Of a stretch of DNA of 64,000 nt, positions 39,439 through 48,035 are shown in pieces. Origin of the DNA: a bacterium. Lineage in GTDB: Bacteria; SM23-31. Location of the stretch: the NCBI GenBank assembly GCA_965249485.1, contig OZ252239.1, forward strand, positions 480,001 to 544,000. Reading direction: 5' to 3'. Both the position numbers and the translations under genes were made by a program. The notes beneath the pieces are model-generated. The model had not been told where the DNA came from, ran no database searches, and saw only the letters and a program-made list of their open reading frames with translations. How positions within the stretch are numbered: position 1 is the stretch's first letter; each line of letters begins with the position of its first letter.

Positions 39439-41652
39439 ATGAGTATACAAAGCAGCGTAAAATCTAAATATAAATCTTTCCGCTGGGAAAAAGACCTTAA
39501 TCCCGCTCAAAAAGAAGCTGTCGAATCGATTTCAGGGCCGCTTATGGTCCTTGCCGGTGCCGGTAGCGGCAAAACCCGGGTAATTTCTTACCGGATCGCC
39601 TATCTTGCTTCTACAAGAACCGTGAGTGCCGATAAAATCCTGGCATTGACGTTCACCAATAAAGCTGCGCAGGAAATGCGGTCCAGGGTTCTGAAACTTA
39701 TTCGTGGTACTTATTCTACCCTATGGATAGGAACATTTCACTCACTTTTTTCCCGTATACTTCGTCGGGAAGCGAAACATCTGGGATTTACCAGCAATTT
39801 TAGTATTTACGACGAGCAGGATCAGCTCTGGGCGGTAAAGAATGTTATAACGAATTGGAAACTACCGACGGGTGATTATACACCACAAATTATTTTGTCA
39901 AAAATCAGCAAATTGAAATCCCGTTTGGTATCAACGGAAGAATATGCTGCTTCGGATGATGGCTCTCCTTTGTGGGATTTTGTTTCTCCGGTTTATACAA
40001 TGTATATGCAGTATCTCAAAGCAAACAATGCTCTCGATTTTGACGATCTACTCATGTCAACCTATCGGCTTTTCAAGGGTCATCCTGACTTGCTCAAAAA
40101 GTATCAGAATAAGTTTAAGTATATTCTTGTGGACGAATTTCAGGACACTAATCTTGCTCAATATCAGATATTGATACAGTTGGCTGCCGAGCACAAGAAT
40201 ATATGTGTTGTCGGGGACGATGATCAATCGATCTACCGATGGCGAGGAGCAGAGATTAAGAACATCCTTCAATTCGAGCATGATTTCCCTGATACGAAGG
40301 TGATCAGACTTGAACAGAATTACCGCTCTACAAAAAACATTTTAACAGCTGCAAATTCGGTCATTAAGAATAACCGTATCAGACACGACAAAACACTCTG
40401 GACAGATAAAGGTGATGGTGAAAAAGTGATCCTTCACCAGGCTGACACAGATAGAGATGAAGCACAGTGGGTTGTACAAAGCATAGAGTCTGAAGTATTA
40501 AAGGAAAAATGGAAATGGGGCGATTTCGCTATCCTCTACCGCCTTAATGCCCAGTCACGAATTTTCGAGGATAATCTCCGGAGAAATAACATTCCCTATA
40601 CTGTTGTCGGTGGCCTCCGTTTTTATGAGCGGAAAGAGGTTAAGGATGTTCTCGCTTACTTAAGCATTATCGTTAATCCGAGCGATGCAATCATGCTGAA
40701 GCGGATTATTAATTACCCCCACCGCGGAATCGGAAAGCAGACAGTCTCGAAAATAGAAGCATATGCACAGGAACAGTCCCTCTCCCTTTATGAATCGTTA
40801 AAGCAGGTTAATCGGATTCCTGGCCTGACACCCGCACGGCTGGAAACTCTCAAAGAGTTTTATTCTTTTGTTTCGAAATATCGCAAACTCAAGAATCAGA
40901 TTTCTCTTGTCGAACTTGTTGTGTCGCTTATTGAAGCATTGGAAGTATTTCAGCATCTTGAACGCGAATATCATAACGATGCTGCGGGCCGGATCGAAAA
41001 CATACGGGAATTATTGCGGGCGATTGAAGAATATGGGACGCATACTGAAAATGACACCTTAGAGAATTATCTTTCAGAGGTTGTTCTCTTAACTGATATC
41101 GACAATTGGGACAGCGAAAAACAGCACGTCTCAATTATGACTTTTCATGCCGCAAAAGGGCTTGAGTTTCCGATTGTTTATGTTACAGGAGCAGAAGAAG
41201 GAATTCTCCCGATTGCATCCTCCCTGGAAGACCCTGATGCACTTGAAGAAGAGCGGAGGCTATTCTATGTCGGCACGACTCGGGCAATGGATATTCTTCA
41301 TATCACATCGGCAAATTTGCGAGGAATGTACGGTAAATTTGACGAAAATCCACCATCCCGCTTTTTGTGTGAACTCGAAAAAAAATCACTCATTCAGACG
41401 GATGCCGAGCCGGTATTTACGTTTGATGTACCGCCAAAAAAATCTAAGACACCCCATCTGGTTCCAGCGTCACAACTTTCTACTAACGGACAGTTCAAGA
41501 CCGGTATGAAAGTGGCACATCCCGATTTCGGTGTCGGTGTAATACATAGTGTAGAGAAAAAAGGTGCTTCAACAAAGATTAAAGTGACGTTTGAAGGACG
41601 GACCACGAAAACTTTAATGGCTGAGTATGCGCCACTGCTGATTATTCGCTAA
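39439..41652 (+). CDS. pcrA: UvrD/PcrA ATP-dependent DNA helicase
   Basis: LAGAGSGKT, TFTNKAA, DEFQD, VGDDDQSIY, EQNYRS, HAAKGLEF, EERRLFYV, C-terminal Tudor-like HPDFG. Confidence 0.95.
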   Translation: MSIQSSVKSKYKSFRWEKDLNPAQKEAVESISGPLMVLAGAGSGKTRVISYRIAYLASTRTVSADKILALTFTNKAAQEMRSRVLKLIRGTYSTLWIGTFHSLFSRILRREAKHLGFTSNFSIYDEQDQLWAVKNVITNWKLPTGDYTPQIILSKISKLKSRLVSTEEYAASDDGSPLWDFVSPVYTMYMQYLKANNALDFDDLLMSTYRLFKGHPDLLKKYQNKFKYILVDEFQDTNLAQYQILIQLAAEHKNICVVGDDDQSIYRWRGAEIKNILQFEHDFPDTKVIRLEQNYRSTKNILTAANSVIKNNRIRHDKTLWTDKGDGEKVILHQADTDRDEAQWVVQSIESEVLKEKWKWGDFAILYRLNAQSRIFEDNLRRNNIPYTVVGGLRFYERKEVKDVLAYLSIIVNPSDAIMLKRIINYPHRGIGKQTVSKIEAYAQEQSLSLYESLKQVNRIPGLTPARLETLKEFYSFVSKYRKLKNQISLVELVVSLIEALEVFQHLEREYHNDAAGRIENIRELLRAIEEYGTHTENDTLENYLSEVVLLTDIDNWDSEKQHVSIMTFHAAKGLEFPIVYVTGAEEGILPIASSLEDPDALEEERRLFYVGTTRAMDILHITSANLRGMYGKFDENPPSRFLCELEKKSLIQTDAEPVFTFDVPPKKSKTPHLVPASQLSTNGQFKTGMKVAHPDFGVGVIHSVEKKGASTKIKVTFEGRTTKTLMAEYAPLLIIR

Positions 41653-41769
41653 AATGAACAGTAGAAATAAATGAACATTTTGCTACACATTGATACTCGC
41701 CCCCTCTCAGAGACATGGCTTGTAACGAATAATAATCGTCTGAAAAGTAAGTTAAAATAACGGCATGTA

Positions 41770-44700
41770 ATGCAAATGAATACTAAGCAACTGAAACAAT
41801 TTACTCTGAATATATGTACAGGGATGCTGCTGTGGAGTACACTTGGACCTGTTCACGCACAGGAAATTAAATCTGTCCGTGATTACGGGTTTGCTCTGGA
41901 ACTGTATGAGCGGGAATTGTATGCTGTCGCAATCGATGCACTCGAACAGTTTGTATTTAACAATCCCGATGATCAACATAGCGCAGAAGCCCGGTTTTAT
42001 ATCGGGAAATCGTATTTTGCGCTTGAGCAGTATACTCAGGCCTCATCGGCTTTCACTGAATTTGTCGCACGACACCGTTCGTCTCCACTTATTCCCGATG
42101 CCTGGAAACTCCTCGCGGAGAGTCATGTCAAGTCTGGCGATATTGAGAAAGCGGCAGAATCTCTTGAAGCTCTGGCAGATATACTCTTTGCTGAAACGGA
42201 ACATACTGTTCCTGCACTGTTCCGTGCTGCTGAGCTGTATCAGGAAATTGGCCGTACAAATAAGGCCACCTATTTATTACAACGGATTTCCGATACGTAT
42301 CCAGACCACGCTCTCTATCCAGAGGTGGTTATAATATTAGCACAGAACTTTGCAGCACAGGGAGACTATCTCGCTGCGGTGCGAGAGTTGTCAAAAATCG
42401 GCCCGAGCATCGATGATGCTTTGAAGTGGGAAGCTCGCTATTATAGAGGTATGTACCATCTGAAACTTAATGCATTGAAGAGCGGCGAAGAAGACCTATC
42501 ATCTATACTCTCAGAAGCATCTCGTGATTCCGAACCGTATCAGAAGGCAGTACTGCTGCTTGCCGGGCATTATATCAAACAGGGTAATACCGAGTCGGCT
42601 ATTAATCTGCTTTCAGATTTGGCCGGCAATTCCAACACTTCGGCACAATTCCGCAGTCAGGCACATTTGGAACTCGGAAAACTCTTGTTCCAATCAGGTG
42701 ATTACCAGCGTGCACATGAGTATTTCTCAAACGCACAGCATCTCGTTGAAAATTTAACCCTTTTAAATGAGTTGCTCTATTATAACGGGCGTACATTTTT
42801 TGAAGAGGCTGATTACCCCCAGGCATATGCGGAATTAAGCAAATTATTTTCTGATGGCTGGCCAGGTAGCAGACCAGCAGAAGAGATTAAACAATTTGAA
42901 CATGATGCTTTCTCTCTCTATGTCCGTTCTGCAAATCTATCCGGTTCTACGATCGACATTGTGCTGCTGAGTGGATCGGTACTTGGACTGTCCGACCAGT
43001 TTCACGATGCTCAGACCTATCTCAGGTGGGGAGACATATTTTTTGATGCTTCTTTATTTCGGACTGCAAATGATCTTTATGAAAAGGGATATGAACACTT
43101 TCCGGAGGAGCGTTCGAGTGATTTTCTGCTCCTGAACCGGGGAAAAACGTTTGAATTGCTAGGAGACAACCGAATTGCCCACTCCCTTTACAACCGTGTT
43201 ATTTCGAATTATCCTGGGGGAGAAGCTGCACACAAAGCTGATAATCGCATCAATTATCTCAACAGAAAACATGGAAGATTAAGTGATGAGGAAATCTTAC
43301 AGAAGCGGTCGCAATTGCTCGACAGGTTATCTCAAAATAGCACGTTCAGCGATCCGGCTACGCAGAGATTGACGGAAGCTTTTTTGCATGGCCAATTTAA
43401 TTATGAAATTCGGGATCTGGAAAAAGCGCTCGAAAACTTCCGCATCATCATAGAAGACGGGACGGAACATGACCGATTCACTGATGCAATAACACTTTCA
43501 GCAGAAATTTTCGACAACTTGTACCTCATTTATATTTATGAAGAAGCCTTTGGAAGAGCGGAAGGCGCAGCACAGGAGGCATTGGAATTGTACCGGCGTT
43601 TTCTTAATATTTCGGATGACCTTGGTGATTATAGCGGGTTCACGAAAAAACGTATTATAGATCTTACGCTGGCTCTATCTGAAACCAATGAAGAAAAGGT
43701 TGACCGAGCCCGCAGTTTTATTCAAGGATCGGAGGCGTATATTGATCAGGGAGTACTCGAATTCGGAAAGTATCGGCTTGCAGAACTGCTGATACAGAAC
43801 GCCGATTCGCTTAGTACGCTTCAAGAAGCCATAAATATTCTTGAAAATCTTTCTCTATCTTTGTTAGATAATACTGAGCTTGAAGAGATGGCCTATTTTA
43901 AAATAATCGGTGCTTTGAAGACTGCCATTGGTTCTACACAAATTATAGGGTATTGCAAAGATTATGTCACTGCATATCCCCGCGGGAGCCATACACCAGA
44001 AGCACGATTTATCGGAGCAGAGACATTTCTTAAATCCGGTGATCCGGAAAATGCTCGCCTCTGGCTCGAACAGCTCATGCGGGATCACTTTTACAGCAGA
44101 TTTGTCGACAGGGGAGCAATTCTATTGGCCGATTTACTCTCTCTTGAGGGAGCAACAGAAGATGCGTTAAAGCTATACCACATGACGATGCAGTCAGTGG
44201 CAGATTCTGATGATTCAGAACTTGTTACACCAATTCTGTTGAAGATCGCAGATATTTACCGGGAGAGCGATCAGTACAGCAATGCCGTCGATTATTTGCT
44301 GTTATACACCGAGGCCGAGACTGACATTGCTAAAAAAACCAAAGGACTCAAAGCACTCTCAGAATTGTATGTTTTAAGAAACAATTTTGATTTGGCGCGT
44401 CGTGTTCAGATGTACATAATTAATAGCGATGCCGATTCGGTTGTAGTGCTCAGTGCTCGGATTGAGGAAGCTTTTTTGTTTTACCGACAATCAAACGATC
44501 CTTCTGCCTCTAATTTTGAAGACTTGCTGCGTGCTGCGCGAGAAAAATTTCTTACACTTTCGGAACTCCCGATAGAAGATTCAGTGAAGGTTCGGATTGA
44601 TTTTACCGCACTTGTCTGCCTTTACCGACTTGACCGAAGGCAGGAAGCTAATAAACTTCGTGATGATTTTGAGCGGAGGTACCGGTTTCTTCCCGATGAT

Positions 44701-45606
44701 GACCGCAACGATTACCTGAGCAAACTCCGTGTCGAAGAAGCACTGGTCCATCAGCGTACTGCAGTTACTATGTTGACATCAGGAAATGTCCATGAGGCGA
44801 ATAACCGGTTCGGCGAAGCGATTTCGATTTTTACCGATATTGCCCGGAAATTTCAAGGAAGTACGGGTGAGCAGCTTGCAGAATTTTACCACGGGCTACA
44901 GCTTGCAGTATATCAAAACCAGGTTGAAGAGGGTCTTGCTCTTTTGGTGGATTTTCGCAGAAAGTATCCCGACAGCCTATACCTTTTTCAAGTGTACTCT
45001 CAGCTTGGGATAATTCAGAAAAATCTCAACAGATATAAAGATGCCTATGTGTCGTTCAGTATTGCCGTTGAAACTCCTGAGGGGAAAAATGACGCTGAAA
45101 CACATCTGAATTATATTGAAGGATGTGCCGATGCAGGATTTCAGGTTGTTCAGATTGATGCGATTCATACCTATCTGCGTCATTTTCCTGAAGCTCCTCA
45201 GCGAATGCAGATGCTGATTAATGTCGGCAACCTTTATAAGATTCTTGGGCAATATGATATCGCAATTACTCATTTTGAATCAATTATACCGGAGGCTGGT
45301 CCCGAATCTCAGATAGAAGTGCAGTATTATCTCGGAGATAGTTATTTTCAGCAGAAAAAATATACACTCGCGATTGCCGAATTTCTGAAACTTCTCCAGT
45401 ATGGTGATCCCAGATCAACCGATCTCCCCTTCCATACGACCACCCGGTGGTATACCGCACTAAGTTTTAAAGAGATCGGAGACTACGACAATGCTATAGC
45501 GTATCTTGATCCGATCTTGAGCGCGTACGGCCCATCGGATGATTTTTATAAGAGCGCCCAGCGTGAAAAAGATACTATCCTTAAACTTATGCAACTCAGG
45601 AAGTAA
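41770..45606 (+). CDS. Large exported tetratricopeptide-repeat protein
   Basis: Signal peptide ending PVHA-Q; many TPR-like units with the YP/FP turns typical of YbgF/BamD-like repeats; 1278 aa. Confidence 0.85.
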   Translation: MQMNTKQLKQFTLNICTGMLLWSTLGPVHAQEIKSVRDYGFALELYERELYAVAIDALEQFVFNNPDDQHSAEARFYIGKSYFALEQYTQASSAFTEFVARHRSSPLIPDAWKLLAESHVKSGDIEKAAESLEALADILFAETEHTVPALFRAAELYQEIGRTNKATYLLQRISDTYPDHALYPEVVIILAQNFAAQGDYLAAVRELSKIGPSIDDALKWEARYYRGMYHLKLNALKSGEEDLSSILSEASRDSEPYQKAVLLLAGHYIKQGNTESAINLLSDLAGNSNTSAQFRSQAHLELGKLLFQSGDYQRAHEYFSNAQHLVENLTLLNELLYYNGRTFFEEADYPQAYAELSKLFSDGWPGSRPAEEIKQFEHDAFSLYVRSANLSGSTIDIVLLSGSVLGLSDQFHDAQTYLRWGDIFFDASLFRTANDLYEKGYEHFPEERSSDFLLLNRGKTFELLGDNRIAHSLYNRVISNYPGGEAAHKADNRINYLNRKHGRLSDEEILQKRSQLLDRLSQNSTFSDPATQRLTEAFLHGQFNYEIRDLEKALENFRIIIEDGTEHDRFTDAITLSAEIFDNLYLIYIYEEAFGRAEGAAQEALELYRRFLNISDDLGDYSGFTKKRIIDLTLALSETNEEKVDRARSFIQGSEAYIDQGVLEFGKYRLAELLIQNADSLSTLQEAINILENLSLSLLDNTELEEMAYFKIIGALKTAIGSTQIIGYCKDYVTAYPRGSHTPEARFIGAETFLKSGDPENARLWLEQLMRDHFYSRFVDRGAILLADLLSLEGATEDALKLYHMTMQSVADSDDSELVTPILLKIADIYRESDQYSNAVDYLLLYTEAETDIAKKTKGLKALSELYVLRNNFDLARRVQMYIINSDADSVVVLSARIEEAFLFYRQSNDPSASNFEDLLRAAREKFLTLSELPIEDSVKVRIDFTALVCLYRLDRRQEANKLRDDFERRYRFLPDDDRNDYLSKLRVEEALVHQRTAVTMLTSGNVHEANNRFGEAISIFTDIARKFQGSTGEQLAEFYHGLQLAVYQNQVEEGLALLVDFRRKYPDSLYLFQVYSQLGIIQKNLNRYKDAYVSFSIAVETPEGKNDAETHLNYIEGCADAGFQVVQIDAIHTYLRHFPEAPQRMQMLINVGNLYKILGQYDIAITHFESIIPEAGPESQIEVQYYLGDSYFQQKKYTLAIAEFLKLLQYGDPRSTDLPFHTTTRWYTALSFKEIGDYDNAIAYLDPILSAYGPSDDFYKSAQREKDTILKLMQLRK

Positions 45607-45607
45607 C

Positions 45608-46471
45608 ATGCCTGAATTTTCTCCATTTGAACAACAAGAGATGTACCGTATACTCAAAACCGCTCTGATGGAAGATATCGGCAGCGGGGATATTACCACA
45701 AAAGCAACGATTTCACAAAGAGCCACAACACATGCCACCATTACAGCCAAGTCATCATGCGTTCTTGCCGGTATACAGGTGGCAGCGTCCTGTTTTCCAC
45801 TCCTGAATAACAATATTAGTATATCTATGTCTTATGAAGACGGTGACCATATTGGAAAAGGTGACATTGTTCTTGAGATTGTCGGCCCAACTCGTGCTAT
45901 TCTACAGGCGGAACGGACGGCGCTCAACCTTCTCGGCAGGATGTCGGGTATTGCTACGGTAACCGCTCAGTTTGTTGAAAAAACTTCCGGAACAAACGCA
46001 AAAGTTCTCGACACCCGAAAAACAATGCCGGGACTTCGCCTCCTTGACAAATACGCTGTGCGGGCAGGTGGAGGCTACAACCACCGCGTCGGTTTGTACG
46101 ATATGTTTCTGATTAAGGAAAACCACATTACTGCTGCGGGCGGTATACCGGAAGCTGTTGAGCGGTGTAAAGCCTTTCAAAAACTGCACAAAACACTCGA
46201 ATCAACTACCATCATTGTTGAAGCTTCGACACCAGAGGAGGCCGAAACCGCCTGTGCAGCTGGTGCGGGGAGAATTCTGCTCGATAATATGAAACCTGCC
46301 GCGATCCGTGCTATAGTAACGAAACTTCAGGGCAAGGTTAAGCTGGAAGTATCGGGTGGAATTACGCTTAAAAATGTCTGCGAATATGCCGAGACAGGAG
46401 TCGATTATATATCAATCGGCATGCTGACCCATTCCCCGCCATCTGCAGATTTTTCTCTGCTTTTACAGTAG
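45608..46471 (+). CDS. nadC: Quinolinate phosphoribosyltransferase
   Basis: EDIGSGDITT, ERTALN, DTRKTMPG, HRVGLYD..LIKENH, LLDN, EVSGG; ATG 1 nt after the TPR stop. Confidence 0.96.
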   Translation: MPEFSPFEQQEMYRILKTALMEDIGSGDITTKATISQRATTHATITAKSSCVLAGIQVAASCFPLLNNNISISMSYEDGDHIGKGDIVLEIVGPTRAILQAERTALNLLGRMSGIATVTAQFVEKTSGTNAKVLDTRKTMPGLRLLDKYAVRAGGGYNHRVGLYDMFLIKENHITAAGGIPEAVERCKAFQKLHKTLESTTIIVEASTPEEAETACAAGAGRILLDNMKPAAIRAIVTKLQGKVKLEVSGGITLKNVCEYAETGVDYISIGMLTHSPPSADFSLLLQ

Positions 46472-46488
46472 CGTAACTTGAATACACT

Positions 46489-46734
46489 GTCGACCAACAT
46501 TTTGATATGAGAACTGATACTTTCCGGAACAGCGGAACACCCTACCGGCAGCTTCTTGAAATAAAATTGATAAAGCCCAATACATTTTATGAGATCGGGT
46601 GCAATCCTTATTCAAATTCTCAAGTCTATACAAAATATCTTGAAGATATTGGTGCACATATCTATTATATTGATGACATTACCAGAAAATTTGCTGCATA
46701 CATTCTCATGCTGACATTAGTTGTTACACATTAA
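46489..46734 (+). pseudogene. Internal fragment of formimidoylglutamase (HutG, ureohydrolase family)
   Basis: VDQHFDMRTDTFRNSGTPYRQLLE...FYEIG...NS contains the DxHxD and NSGTP motifs; no N-terminal part and no C-terminal DxD region. Confidence 0.65.
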
Positions 46735-46740
46735 ACTCCG

Positions 46741-46773
46741 AACTCAAATTTGAGTTATGAAATGTTTATACAA
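46741..46773. promoter_or_regulatory. Candidate operator(s) upstream of the formiminotransferase gene
   Basis: Perfect 16-bp palindrome AACTCAAATTTGAGTT (46741-46756) and TGTTTATACA (46763-46772) fitting the HutC-subfamily GT-N-TA-N-AC pattern. Confidence 0.4.
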
Positions 46774-46791
46774 CAGCGTCTGGAATAAGTA

Positions 46792-48012
46792 ATGGACGAA
46801 AAACTCATAGAATGTGTACCGAATTTTTCGGAAGGCCGAAATTCCGGTGTCATTAAACAGATAACCGATACGATTGAGCAGATCAATGGTGTTAATCTAC
46901 TGAATGTCGATTCGGGAGTGGACACTAACCGGACAGTTGTGACGTTTGTCGGCAATCCGGACGGTGTGAAGGAAGCAGCATTTCGCGCAATCGAGAAAGC
47001 ATCCGAACTGATTGACATGTCAAAGCATCGGGGAATCCATCCGCGGATGGGAGCGACCGATGTGTGTCCATTCATTCCTGTGAAAGACGTGACAGTTGAA
47101 GAATGTATTGAACTTTCCCGGGAAGTAGCGAAACGGGTAGGTGATGAACTAAATATTGCTGTCTATCTCTATGAGAAATCCGCACAGAAGCCGGACAAAG
47201 TCAATCTTGCAGAGATTCGCCATGGTGAATATGAGGCATTAGCGGACAAACTCAATAAACCGGAATGGAAACCCGATTTCGGTCCGACGCAATTCAATGT
47301 CCGTTCCGGAGCGAGCATTATCGGTGTGCGAGAGTTTTTAATTGCCTACAATATTTCTCTCAATACGCGAGACCTGATATATGCAACCGATATGGCATTA
47401 GATCTTCGCACAAAAGGTCGCACTGCACGCAGGGGAAATATCGATCCAATATATTTACAAGGTGAGGAGAAATTATTATATGGAACGGATTCCTTCCCAT
47501 GTGGGACATGTAATTTTATAGGGAAGACGATCCAAGAGACCGGAAAACACTGTCGGAACGAACACGGTTACAATCTTGAAAAATTGCTGAGTCTGAACGA
47601 TATCGATCCGAATTATCCTGAGGGAGAACACGTGAAGATTTCGGGAATGTTTCAGCAGTGCAAGTCGATCGGTTGGTTAGTTGAGGAGTATGACCGGACG
47701 CAGGTTTCGATCAACTTGACTGATTACAATATTACATCTATGCATGATGTGTTTGATGCGTCACTCGTTCTTGCCGCGAAGCGCGGCATTGGTATTACCG
47801 GCAGTGAGATTATCGGCATGGTCTCCTATCCTGCACTTTTGGCATCGGGAATACATTATCTCAAGAAACAAGGTCACTTTGCGAATATCCCGATCAGAGA
47901 TATTCTGGAAACTGCAGTTCAATCTCTCCATCTTCGGGATGTAGCTGATTTTAAAATTGAAGAGCGTGTTATCGGATTGCCAAACGATCTTAGTGAAGCA
48001 TATTTGTTCTAA
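46792..48012 (+). CDS. ftcd: Glutamate formiminotransferase (FT domains only, with internal zinc-finger-like insertion)
   Basis: ECVPNFSEGR, NRTVVT, HPRMGATDVCPFIP, FLIAYN, QVSINL, GSEIIG; no cyclodeaminase domain. Confidence 0.92.
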   Translation: MDEKLIECVPNFSEGRNSGVIKQITDTIEQINGVNLLNVDSGVDTNRTVVTFVGNPDGVKEAAFRAIEKASELIDMSKHRGIHPRMGATDVCPFIPVKDVTVEECIELSREVAKRVGDELNIAVYLYEKSAQKPDKVNLAEIRHGEYEALADKLNKPEWKPDFGPTQFNVRSGASIIGVREFLIAYNISLNTRDLIYATDMALDLRTKGRTARRGNIDPIYLQGEEKLLYGTDSFPCGTCNFIGKTIQETGKHCRNEHGYNLEKLLSLNDIDPNYPEGEHVKISGMFQQCKSIGWLVEEYDRTQVSINLTDYNITSMHDVFDASLVLAAKRGIGITGSEIIGMVSYPALLASGIHYLKKQGHFANIPIRDILETAVQSLHLRDVADFKIEERVIGLPNDLSEAYLF

Positions 48013-48035
48013 TAAAACAATCCACCGACGTGTAC

